Below, piece after piece: positions 44,209-53,464 of a stretch of 64,000 nt of DNA. The stretch spans positions 19,248 to 83,247 of the forward strand of contig JACPBV010000009.1 of NCBI GenBank assembly GCA_016180135.1, read 5' to 3'. How positions within the stretch are numbered: position 1 is the stretch's first letter; each line of letters begins with the position of its first letter. The position numbers and the translations under genes are program-made. The notes below the pieces were generated by a model. That model was not told the DNA's origin. It did not search any database and saw nothing but the letters and a program-made list of their open reading frames with translations. The stretch comes from Candidatus Woesearchaeota archaeon. Its GTDB lineage: Archaea > Nanobdellota > Nanobdellia > Woesearchaeales > JACPBV01.

Positions 44209-44919
44209 TTATCCCACATAGCTCATCTTCTTCTTCTCGCTCAACTCCTGCATCTTGTTGCTCTGCTCAAGGATGCCGGAGAGCTTTTCCTCAAACTTCT
44301 CCGCCTGCTTCAGCAGCGGCTGGTAGTCAATCTCAAGCCCAAGATACTTGTCCAATGCCTCGATGATCCTTGCGGCAGCCTTGCTGTCCGGCAGATTCGA
44401 TGCGGTGTCAGCAAAGAAAGCGCACTTCGGAAAAGCTTTGTCTTTCAGCAGCAGTGCCCCGGTGACTCCCATGATAATCCCCTCTTTCAGCGGCTTCAGC
44501 CCGATATGGCTTAAAAAATCAAGCTTGTTGTTTTGGTTGGTATAATAAAATGCATCCGGGCTCAGCTTCAGCCCTGTCGAGCCAACTCCCTCAATGCTTA
44601 AGATCTCACGGGCATCAAGCTGTTTCGCTATCTGTATCAGCGCATCTGCAAGCTTCCATTCAAATCCCGACGATGCGGTGATGGCATGCAGCATCACGAT
44701 ATTGTGCTTCTTGTTGTAGAAAATCCCCAACGGCTCAACAACCTTGCCGTCATGGATAGCTGCCATCGGCGGCATCTCTTCAAGCATGATCCTTCCGATC
44801 TGCTCGCACTCAAGGTGGTCTATCAGGAATTCTGTAGCAATCGTCCCGACTAATCCAAATCCCGGAAATCCCTCGATGACGATGGGATTCTTTGGCTTTT
44901 TCTCAAGGATGATGTCCAT
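44209..44919 (-). CDS. PAC2-family (proteasome assembly chaperone 2-like, COG1938) protein
   Basis: PIVIEGFPGFGLVGTIATEFLIDHL N-terminal motif. 236 aa with an acidic/helical C-terminal tail. Confidence 0.7.
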   Translation of the reverse strand: MDIILEKKPKNPIVIEGFPGFGLVGTIATEFLIDHLECEQIGRIMLEEMPPMAAIHDGKVVEPLGIFYNKKHNIVMLHAITASSGFEWKLADALIQIAKQLDAREILSIEGVGSTGLKLSPDAFYYTNQNNKLDFLSHIGLKPLKEGIIMGVTGALLLKDKAFPKCAFFADTASNLPDSKAAARIIEALDKYLGLEIDYQPLLKQAEKFEEKLSGILEQSNKMQELSEKKKMSYVG

Positions 44920-45048
44920 AATGCCTCTTTTTTTGGCGGTGAAGGAACAGGCCCCCGTCTGTGGCTGGGGGGTGGTCGGATTTCTTTTGAATTACTGAGG
45001 AACAAACTTGGCCCTTTATTCTGGCGCACAGCCTAAACCAAAATGGGA

Positions 45049-45438
45049 TTACAGCTCCATCGCAAACGTCGCAATCATCAAAAACAGCCCCATCACGACA
45101 AAGATGATGTTGAAAAATATCCCTGAAATCCACCCCATCGCCAAAAACCCGGAAACAACCCCGAACTGCCCCAGCACCTGCATAACCCCGATAGATGTTA
45201 CTGCTGCAGCGGTGATGAACGAAGGCCAGCCGATGACGTTGCTGTTGGTTACTTCAATGATAGAGTTGATAGCAAGATAGAATCCCCCAAGGGCAATCAC
45301 CCAAGAAAGCAAAGCCACAGGGAGGCTGAAGTCAAACCAGCCCGGCCCGATGCCCACCCTGTTCAGGATAGGCAGCAGCCCAAGGAGGAAGATAAGCGTT
45401 CCCGCCCCTCCGCTAAGCCAATCTTTCATCTGCATCAT
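45049..45438 (-). CDS. Small polytopic membrane protein (129 aa, ~4 TM)
   Basis: Four hydrophobic stretches (GTLIFLLGLLPIL, ALLSWVIALGGFYLAI, FITAAAVTSIGVMQVLG, IFFNIIFVVMGLFLMIATFA). Confidence 0.55.
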   Translation of the reverse strand: MMQMKDWLSGGAGTLIFLLGLLPILNRVGIGPGWFDFSLPVALLSWVIALGGFYLAINSIIEVTNSNVIGWPSFITAAAVTSIGVMQVLGQFGVVSGFLAMGWISGIFFNIIFVVMGLFLMIATFAMEL

Positions 45439-45512
45439 GGTCTATCCCTCTTTTTTTAATGCCAACTGCCCCGGTATAAAAAAATAAATTTCCCTGTAAA
45501 AGATTACCCTCT

Positions 45513-46514
45513 TTATGCAGCCATCCTCAGCTCTGCGCTTGCCTCTTTTTCAAGCTTTTCTTCGCTTGCGATGATTCTCCTGAATCCCTGCGCAAGGACT
45601 TGGAGCTTTTTCTGGAGCCTCTCCTTTAGCTCTTCAATCTTCTCTTTATGACTGTCTTCAAGCGCCTTGGGCATATAATGCTGGATGACATACTGCTGCA
45701 TCTGTTTTTCTTCATCGTTCAGCAGGTTAAGGTCAGTAAGGCACAGCAGGAAATCCCTCCTGAGCAGGTAGTAAGCGCCCTCGAATGCCTTTTTCATATT
45801 TGCTTCAATGTCTTTGAAAAGCCGCCCCAGCTCCTTAATGGCTTGCCCGTGATCTTTTTCCGTCCCTTTTTGAACAAGCTTTCGAAGCTCGCCATTGATT
45901 TTCTTCTCTTTTGCTTTTAATGCGATTACTCCACTTTTAATTGCCTGGATAGTCAATCTTCCTCCAAGCCTGCCAAGATTGGAAACTTGTTCCTTTTCCT
46001 TCATGAACTGGGCAACCTTTGCCATGAGGTTCGGATCGCTCGCTGCACCTTTGCCTGCATATCCAATGATTGCAGCAAGTTCCCCAAGATACAGCCCCCT
46101 TTCCTGTTTTTCAACTTCATCAGTTTGTTCCTCCATACTCAGCTGGAATTTTCTCCCAAGCTCTTTGATTTCTTTAGTAAATTTTCCCGGATGATTTCTT
46201 CGAGCATCAGAAATATCCGTTTCAATCTTGTGCAGGTAATCTAACCCCTCAGACATCTCGATCTGAGTATTGAAGCCCAGCTTCACAACATTCTCCCCGA
46301 CAATTTCAGCATAGTCCTCGGCATTGCCCTGATCCTTTGAAGCTGCTTCGATATCATGCTCATCCAGCACATCGTGGGGTATTCTGACTACAACTTCTCT
46401 TTTAAGGCGGTTCACGTTTTTAATGCCTCTTCGGATCTCCATTCTTTTCTTAAAAGCGAGAATTCCCCCTGTCTTATGAAACACCATAATATAATAGTTT
46501 TTGACCCATCCCAT
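45513..46514 (-). CDS. Hypothetical helical/coiled-coil protein (333 aa)
   Basis: Clean ORF, Lys/Glu-rich helices, no motif recognised. Confidence 0.6.
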   Translation of the reverse strand: MGWVKNYYIMVFHKTGGILAFKKRMEIRRGIKNVNRLKREVVVRIPHDVLDEHDIEAASKDQGNAEDYAEIVGENVVKLGFNTQIEMSEGLDYLHKIETDISDARRNHPGKFTKEIKELGRKFQLSMEEQTDEVEKQERGLYLGELAAIIGYAGKGAASDPNLMAKVAQFMKEKEQVSNLGRLGGRLTIQAIKSGVIALKAKEKKINGELRKLVQKGTEKDHGQAIKELGRLFKDIEANMKKAFEGAYYLLRRDFLLCLTDLNLLNDEEKQMQQYVIQHYMPKALEDSHKEKIEELKERLQKKLQVLAQGFRRIIASEEKLEKEASAELRMAA

Positions 46515-46637
46515 TTTCCTTCCACCTCGATTGTGTTTTTCTCAAGCCTCTTTTTTATCTCTTTTGAGTTTGAATGTATTTAAAGGTTCTGATTTCTTTT
46601 GCAAATATTGGTATGTGGGCCAGTTCCTCCTGTCTTT

Positions 46638-48278
46638 TCATTTTTTTCCTTCTTTCTTATCAATATGCGCTTGAATTAACTTTGCTATGTCTTCATGCCC
46701 ACTTTCATTTGCCCGATCTATTGCCGTTTTCCCATATTTATCTTTGGCAAGAGGATCAGCTCCATTCTCTAACAAAATTTTTACAACCTCAAGAAATCCT
46801 AGTCCAGCAGCATTCACTATACAGGGTTTCTGGTACCTATTGGCAATATTCGGATCAACCCCCTTCCCCAGCAAAATTTTTACTATCTCAGGCTTGCCAT
46901 ATTCTACTGCTTGGACTAAATAAGCTTCTCCTGATTGACCAATGCTTTTTTGATCAACGCCCTTTTCGAGAAGCTTTTCAACAACGTTGGTGCGTCCTAT
47001 GTAAATTGCCCATTCAATTGCGGTTAAGTTGTTCTTTTCATCAATAGCGGCCGGATTAGCTCCTGCTTCAAGCAATTTTCCTACAATATCCGCATAACCC
47101 CCTATGGCTGCCGTAATTAGGGGTGTAATTTGGTATTTTTCAGTTACAGCATCAACATTGATACCTTTGGCTGACAACAATTTTTCAACAGTTAAGGGCA
47201 TTTTCCATCTTGCAGCATAATGCAGGCATGACTCTCCATCGAGCAAAATGTTTGGATCAGCCCCTTGACTGAGCAGCTCTTCAACCTCTTGATCGCGATT
47301 CCACCGGACTGCCTCACTCAGTTTAGTATTTAAATCAGCCTTTTCCTCAGCGCTATCAATCTCTCTCTTTTCCGTATCTCCTTTGGCATCAGGAGGGGCT
47401 TTGGGGCTTTCACCTTCAGGCTGCTTTTGTGGAGTTTCATCAGCTTTTTCTTTTTCATTTTTTGCCGAAATCTCCTTTGCTTTGTCAAGGATAATTTGAA
47501 TCTCATTTTGGGCAGATTTAAGTTTTTCTTCAATTTCCGGAAGTTCTTTCTCATCAATAGTTTTTTTATGTGCTCTAATTGAATTTGATAATCTGTTTCT
47601 GAAATCCAAAAGGTTTCCTAACACTCCTTTTTGCTTAAATCCATTAATCAGGGTTTTGAGCTCATCGCCCCCCTCTGCCGCTATAAGAGACCTAGCCGTT
47701 TTAAGATTATCAGTTAGTTTGGAAATTCCATTTTCAAGATTCCGGATTCTGCCTATAAATGCAATAATTTCCTCATCCTGCTGGTCATTGGGTGTTTCCT
47801 TTAATTTAAGGTAGTTGGTATAGCGTTGAAATGCAGAATTCAAGTATCCCTGCTTCCTGGATGCATCTCCCCTTATCCTTAAAGTAATTGCCTTTTGGCT
47901 GTTCGATAGCTTATTCCAAACCTCACCGGACAATAATCTGTCAGTAGAGAAATCACAATCCTGGTATCTCCCAAGCATATAATAAATTCTTGCAAGGAGC
48001 AGTTCTGCAAAATAATCATCAGGATTAGCGCCAAGATGCAATTTAAGCGACTTCCGGTATTTATCTTGTTTTATCACTTTTATGATGCGGGTATCAAAAA
48101 CCTCCATCTTATTGAGCATATAATCCGTATATTTTTCTCTGGACTGGAGTATAGGGAGCCGGAGTGTAAGCAACTTTAGCCCCTCTCTCCCCAGCTCTTC
48201 CTCCATTACTTTGACTGTAAAATAGTCTCCTTTCTCAGGCTTCACTTCGACTGTAAGGTTTTTTTGTTCTTTTCCCAT
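46638..48278 (-). CDS. TPR-like plus coiled-coil plus ankyrin-repeat protein (546 aa)
   Basis: At least six C-terminal ankyrin repeats (CLHYAARWKMPLTVEKLLSAKGINVDA; TPLITAAIGGYADIVGKLLEAGANPAA; LTAIEWAIYIGRTNVVEKLLEKGVD; YLVQAVEYGKPEIVKILLGKGVDPN; IVNAAGLGFLEVVKILLENGADPLA; KTAIDRANESGHEDIAKLI). The start codon overlaps the stop of the 1720-aa gene by one nucleotide at 48278. Confidence 0.85.
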   Translation of the reverse strand: MGKEQKNLTVEVKPEKGDYFTVKVMEEELGREGLKLLTLRLPILQSREKYTDYMLNKMEVFDTRIIKVIKQDKYRKSLKLHLGANPDDYFAELLLARIYYMLGRYQDCDFSTDRLLSGEVWNKLSNSQKAITLRIRGDASRKQGYLNSAFQRYTNYLKLKETPNDQQDEEIIAFIGRIRNLENGISKLTDNLKTARSLIAAEGGDELKTLINGFKQKGVLGNLLDFRNRLSNSIRAHKKTIDEKELPEIEEKLKSAQNEIQIILDKAKEISAKNEKEKADETPQKQPEGESPKAPPDAKGDTEKREIDSAEEKADLNTKLSEAVRWNRDQEVEELLSQGADPNILLDGESCLHYAARWKMPLTVEKLLSAKGINVDAVTEKYQITPLITAAIGGYADIVGKLLEAGANPAAIDEKNNLTAIEWAIYIGRTNVVEKLLEKGVDQKSIGQSGEAYLVQAVEYGKPEIVKILLGKGVDPNIANRYQKPCIVNAAGLGFLEVVKILLENGADPLAKDKYGKTAIDRANESGHEDIAKLIQAHIDKKEGKK

Positions 48279-51200
48279 CAGCTATCCCTTTTGAAAGTTA
48301 AAGCGTATTTCCGTACTCCGGAGGATACAGTTACTGGTTTTCCATCAAGCTTGGCAGGAAGCTCATCAGATTGCGCCTGTTGGATGATGTCTTGAGCCTT
48401 TTCCGGAGAAATTTCTTCTTGTGCAGCAGGAAGCGCATAATCCGATGTCGGGTTGGGGATTTTATTAAACTTTTTGACCGGAATAACAATAATAGTGGCT
48501 TCATCTAAAAGCCTATTATCCTTCTGATTTAAGCATTCAACGATATAATTCCCGGAAAATAATGGGCCCACCTCAACTTCTCCAGTCTTTCCAGGCTTGA
48601 TTTCCTGTGTTATTTGCCGTTCGACCCGATAAAGCCCGGGTCGTGTCGGAATAAATCTTTTTAATTTCCATAAGACCTGAAACCCCTTTCCCCCCGCATT
48701 GGCAACAATAGTGGAGAGTAATGTGCTTGAGGGAACCTGGACGGTCTTATGCAATGGGACTGGGTATGCTCTTCCCCCGATAACAATCTGGGAGATAGAA
48801 AATTCAGGATTTACCAATATCACTATTGTTGCAGTTTGCTGGCCGGTAATATACCATGAATCAATCCCCCCATACTCTTTAACTCTGCGTAATGCCTCAA
48901 AAGTCACCGTATATTCCCCAGGCTTTTCAAAAGTACGCAATGTTGTGAATATCTCCTTCCCATGATAGGGAAAAAATGTCGGGGTTCCTTGTATATCTGA
49001 CCAGACCCATCGGTATCCATCAGGTCTTTCCTTTAATTTCAGGGGAACTGTAATCTCAAGGGTCTCTCCAAGTTTTGCCTTAAATGCCTTACCATCCCTG
49101 AAAACCGCCCCTTTTGACTGCGTGCTGCGAACCATAACCTCCCCAAGAACTATCTTTCCTCGCTTAGCTTCCCTTTTTGGGATCGTCGGAGAAGGCTGCT
49201 TAATCTGCGTTTGGGCAAAAGGCACTTTTTCTTCGTGCCTGCCGACTGAAAGATAGGCTCTTTTTACCTGTGTGCTAAATCCAATTGGCGTGAAGATGAT
49301 TTCATATTCTCCTTTGGGGAGGCGCGTATCGGGATAAACAATAACTTCTGAAGAGGAAGATTCACCTTCTTCGGGTTTGCGGTGGTTTCTTCGCATTGGT
49401 AAGATAACTGCTGAATAAAAGAATTTCCTTGGGGGATTCTTAACTGAAATGCTGAAATCAACAACATCTGTCGGAAGGAGTCTATACCCTATAACTTCTT
49501 TTTTTTGATATTGAATCCATGCTGGATCCAACCTTTTTCCATTAACTCTCGGTATGATTGGGCCAAGGCTCAGAGGAGGGGGTTCTTCCGTTTGATAATC
49601 TGCGCTTTCTCTTGATATCTGTTCCTGCATCTTTTCGACAGAATCAGATTCCTTATCCTCAGGTATTGCATCTACAGATTTTTTCCTGGATTCACTTGGG
49701 CTTGAAGCCTCATCTTCGTTTACCTTGCCTTCACCCCCCATTTTCTTTTTTTGCCGTTTTGGGCCGGGTTTCTCCATGAAAGAAATAATCGATTGGATGT
49801 CCTCTAGTACTGTTTTTACATTCCTGGCTGTTTGCTCAATAATAAGATTCTGCCATTCTCTATACCAACTTAATAGATGTTTATGGGCAAAATCCCAGTT
49901 AAATGAAAGCACCATGCTTCCAATTAATCGTTGCATCTCTTCAACAATCTCGGGAGAGATTATCTCCTGCGTTTCTTGTATTGCTTTGTCAAGAGGGGTA
50001 GGATATTCTTTCAGACGGGAAATCTCAGTTTTAAGTGCAACAATCCATTCATAGGAATCCTTGAATTCAGCCTTTTTATTTCTTATCTTTGGATAAACCT
50101 CAAGGAATTTTGCGATCGCATCTGTTACTGGCTTCAATCCTTGGTCAATAGCTGCCCCCCACCCCCCTCCAATGGAGAGGAGTTCTTTTAATTCTTTGTC
50201 AATCTTTTCTACGAATACTTTATATCCTACACCATCAAAAACATTTCCGTTTTTTTTCCATTCCTCTTCACCGACGTAATCACGGATACCCTCGTTGATA
50301 AAATCTTTGGGACCCGTAAATTTCCCTTGTGCCCTTCCTCGGATATATTCTTTAATAGAGCCAAGGGGCTGTTTTGAAAGCTCGACAGCAAATTTTTTTC
50401 GGAAGGCTTCAAACTTTCCTTGATCGGCTTTAGCTACAGGGAACTTGTTCCTGATGTTCTCCAAAAATTCCTTGTTTGCTCGTTTCTCAAGATTGTTTAT
50501 TGCCTGCTTTAGTTTTTCCTCAATGTCCTGGGGCATCAACTTTAGTTTATGTTCCAGCTCAAGGAGCCTTGACGACTGGTAGACTCTGATGCTATGAATC
50601 AACCTTCTTAACATATCCCTGTGCATCGATTCAACATCTTCCTGAGATTCCCGGTCTTTACCGCCTGGGTCATCAAATCTTCTTTGTCTCCTCAATTTTT
50701 CTTCAATCCCCCTCTGCCTTGCCTGTTTCCTTTCTTCCTTCTTAACCACTTCATAAGGCAGTTCCGGAGTTTCAGGTCTTTTTAATATGACCTGAACTTC
50801 AGCTTGGTTGAATGGAATGAATTCATCAATAACTGTGGCGGTAACTTTTAATTTTGCATGTCCAGGGGCATGATCCGATGCGATCGGAAGAGAGCTTGGA
50901 CTGCTTCGCAGGAATCTTCCTTCATGAAGAAGCTTTTCTTTTCCATTATGGTCTTGTATATACCAGCGGTATTTGAATTTCTGTTCATCATGGAAATAGC
51001 TTGGATAGGCCCCCTCAAAATCCGCTTCCAAATCATATACTGGCTGTCCAATGATTAGTTCAGCGTTGTCCCTCGGTCTGACAACTACCATCTCATTCCT
51101 AACCACGGTGATGGGCACTTCAGCAAACGCGCGGGTTTGGTTGTTTTCAAATTCATAAAGTATTACATGAATAATTCCCTTTCCAGAAACCTGGGGCGGT

Positions 51201-53440
51201 AATATTGCTGGATTGTCTTTATTGGATTCATGCCCATCAAAAAATGGAATCCCCTCCCCTTTCTGGCTAATAAAGAACCATCGGAAAGAAAACCTTTTTG
51301 TGTTGTAGAACTCATCGGGGAACGGCCCAGTTACAGCTGCTTTAAGGTGAGTCAAAGGCACTCCGGAGAAAAGCACTTCCCCTTTTCCGGGTTTTTCTAT
51401 TGCAAGCCCCATGACTCTCACAGGAACTTCGGTGAAGGCAAAATTGTTCCGTTCACCATTGACTATCTCAAAGGCATACAAAGAAACTTTAGCATTTCCT
51501 ACTTGAGAACTAGGACTGATTATCTTGCTCTGGTTCTTTTGAAGGGTGGATAGCCCATTAAAAAGATGTTGTGTGTGTGGGTTAGATTCTTGTAGATACC
51601 ATTGAAAGAAGAATTCCTGGTGCTTAAATGGCTTAACCGGCTTATGGAACTCTGCCTGCAACTTCGGGATAGGCATCCCCGCAAAAACAGGATCATTTGG
51701 CTTCGGATGAATAATCTCAAGGGCATTTTGTTGCTTTGGTTCAACAACAAAATATGCAGCTTTTTGGACAGCGCCTTCCCCCTTCTGAGGATAAGGGAAA
51801 GCAGCCACTCTGATGTAATGGATTCCCCTTTCTGAAAATTTTACTTCGGTTGTAAGCTCAGGGTCGTTGTTGTAGGGGAATCTTTTTATATCACTTTTTC
51901 CTTTTTTGCTTTTTGGCATCCCGTAGTCCCAAGATATCTCCTCAGGAGAGCCGTCAAGAACTTTGGATATAGCAGTAATCCAGGTATTCTGGGGAACTCT
52001 GTAGAAATTTCGGTTTTTCTGCACACCTTCACCTTCGATTCGTAAATCTGCCAATATAATTGGTGCTTTCTCTAAATCTGGCAATTGCAGCCTCCTAAGC
52101 GGTATCACCACCTGGCTGTTCTCAAAGTTAAAATCTGTTGTATGCAAATAATGGCCAGGAATCCCGCCAAAATCCTTGAGAATGTGCCATCCCAGATGCA
52201 TCGCATCAATCGGCGTTGTGCCAGTGAATGCAACCACAAGGACAGCTTTCTTGCCGATGGGAATCTGGAAATCAAACTCTCGGTCATAGGGGACAGGAAG
52301 GAATTGGGTTTCACCCCCGGTGGGTGTCTTTATCCTCAAGGCCGCCTGGAATATTCTCCGGTCAGGTTGTCCAGTTTTGAGCCATTCTTCCAATAATGAA
52401 AGAATCTCCGGTGTGCAGTTTTCAACAGCAAAAATCGTAACTGTAGAGAACTTCCAGGGGTCTTTCGGATCGACTTTTACAGTTATTGTTGAAGTCGGCG
52501 GCCCAGTAGGTGGTGAAGGAGTTTGTGGCTTAGGCTCAGGTGGTGGCTCTTGAGCCCCTCCATCTCCCCCAGACCCCCCATCTCTCTCATCCTGACCTCG
52601 TTCCACAACCTCTTTATGAGTGGCAGTTTGTTTTTCTTCGGCAGGCACATCTTTATTTTCCTGAGGCTCTTGTTTGGGTTGCGGAGTATCCCCTTCATCT
52701 AGATCCCCGCCCTCACCTTGCCCTTTTTCTGTAGGTGTGCCAGAAATGGTTGCATCATCTGATTGGGGGGAAGTTGTTCCTTTCAGATTCTCATCCGTTA
52801 CATCTTCGGTTGGCGATTCACCGGATGAATCTTTCTCTGTAGCAGGTTCGAGTTCAGAATCTTCCGTGGCTGTAAAATCCCTTTTAATGAGTTTCAGTTC
52901 TTCGGGAGTTAAAATTGTTCCAGATTCAGATTCTTGACTTGTGTTTGGGACAGAATCTTTAGGTTGGCCTTTTGATTTATTGAATTCTTCTCTCTGCCCT
53001 GCAATAGTGTGCATGGTGCGAGAGAATGGTTGACCTTCTAATATACCAGATTCTTCTCTTCCCTCACCTGCCTGAGGAAACACTCGGCCTAAAGACAAAA
53101 TGAGGCCGTTAATCTTTAAACTCAAATCCTGCTGATCAATAGGATTATCAGTCCCCTTAAACTCAATTGTTTGTAAATTGGTTAGGGTGGCTTTTGCATC
53201 TTCCCTTTCATCCCCTTTAAGCTTTTCTATCAACATCTCTTTTAGCCTACTAAGATAACTCACCTCCTCAGGGGATAGGCTTCTGTTTACCGCAATATTC
53301 GCAGCCCCAGCTAAAGCCTCAATCGCATCCTCAGAGGTTTTAATTTCTTTGTTAATATCAAGCATTGTGGCATTCTCTTCAGTAACATGGGGGATCTCTC
53401 TTTCCCGACCTGCGATAGTGCTTGGGTTTGATATTGCCAT
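48278..53440 (-). CDS. Giant hypothetical protein (1720 aa), no N-terminal signal peptide; acidic/Pro-rich N-terminus, beta-rich repeat modules, central helical region
   Basis: Uninterrupted 5.2-kb ORF. Acidic low-complexity aa ~150-300 and a PPPEPKPQTPSPPTGPPTS linker. Three tandem ~105-aa repeats (nt ~50780-51720). The C-terminal third contains further beta-sandwich-like segments. Confidence 0.85.
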   Translation of the reverse strand: MAISNPSTIAGREREIPHVTEENATMLDINKEIKTSEDAIEALAGAANIAVNRSLSPEEVSYLSRLKEMLIEKLKGDEREDAKATLTNLQTIEFKGTDNPIDQQDLSLKINGLILSLGRVFPQAGEGREESGILEGQPFSRTMHTIAGQREEFNKSKGQPKDSVPNTSQESESGTILTPEELKLIKRDFTATEDSELEPATEKDSSGESPTEDVTDENLKGTTSPQSDDATISGTPTEKGQGEGGDLDEGDTPQPKQEPQENKDVPAEEKQTATHKEVVERGQDERDGGSGGDGGAQEPPPEPKPQTPSPPTGPPTSTITVKVDPKDPWKFSTVTIFAVENCTPEILSLLEEWLKTGQPDRRIFQAALRIKTPTGGETQFLPVPYDREFDFQIPIGKKAVLVVAFTGTTPIDAMHLGWHILKDFGGIPGHYLHTTDFNFENSQVVIPLRRLQLPDLEKAPIILADLRIEGEGVQKNRNFYRVPQNTWITAISKVLDGSPEEISWDYGMPKSKKGKSDIKRFPYNNDPELTTEVKFSERGIHYIRVAAFPYPQKGEGAVQKAAYFVVEPKQQNALEIIHPKPNDPVFAGMPIPKLQAEFHKPVKPFKHQEFFFQWYLQESNPHTQHLFNGLSTLQKNQSKIISPSSQVGNAKVSLYAFEIVNGERNNFAFTEVPVRVMGLAIEKPGKGEVLFSGVPLTHLKAAVTGPFPDEFYNTKRFSFRWFFISQKGEGIPFFDGHESNKDNPAILPPQVSGKGIIHVILYEFENNQTRAFAEVPITVVRNEMVVVRPRDNAELIIGQPVYDLEADFEGAYPSYFHDEQKFKYRWYIQDHNGKEKLLHEGRFLRSSPSSLPIASDHAPGHAKLKVTATVIDEFIPFNQAEVQVILKRPETPELPYEVVKKEERKQARQRGIEEKLRRQRRFDDPGGKDRESQEDVESMHRDMLRRLIHSIRVYQSSRLLELEHKLKLMPQDIEEKLKQAINNLEKRANKEFLENIRNKFPVAKADQGKFEAFRKKFAVELSKQPLGSIKEYIRGRAQGKFTGPKDFINEGIRDYVGEEEWKKNGNVFDGVGYKVFVEKIDKELKELLSIGGGWGAAIDQGLKPVTDAIAKFLEVYPKIRNKKAEFKDSYEWIVALKTEISRLKEYPTPLDKAIQETQEIISPEIVEEMQRLIGSMVLSFNWDFAHKHLLSWYREWQNLIIEQTARNVKTVLEDIQSIISFMEKPGPKRQKKKMGGEGKVNEDEASSPSESRKKSVDAIPEDKESDSVEKMQEQISRESADYQTEEPPPLSLGPIIPRVNGKRLDPAWIQYQKKEVIGYRLLPTDVVDFSISVKNPPRKFFYSAVILPMRRNHRKPEEGESSSSEVIVYPDTRLPKGEYEIIFTPIGFSTQVKRAYLSVGRHEEKVPFAQTQIKQPSPTIPKREAKRGKIVLGEVMVRSTQSKGAVFRDGKAFKAKLGETLEITVPLKLKERPDGYRWVWSDIQGTPTFFPYHGKEIFTTLRTFEKPGEYTVTFEALRRVKEYGGIDSWYITGQQTATIVILVNPEFSISQIVIGGRAYPVPLHKTVQVPSSTLLSTIVANAGGKGFQVLWKLKRFIPTRPGLYRVERQITQEIKPGKTGEVEVGPLFSGNYIVECLNQKDNRLLDEATIIVIPVKKFNKIPNPTSDYALPAAQEEISPEKAQDIIQQAQSDELPAKLDGKPVTVSSGVRKYALTFKRDS

Positions 53441-53464
53441 TTTTTTCAGTTTTTTTTATTTGGA

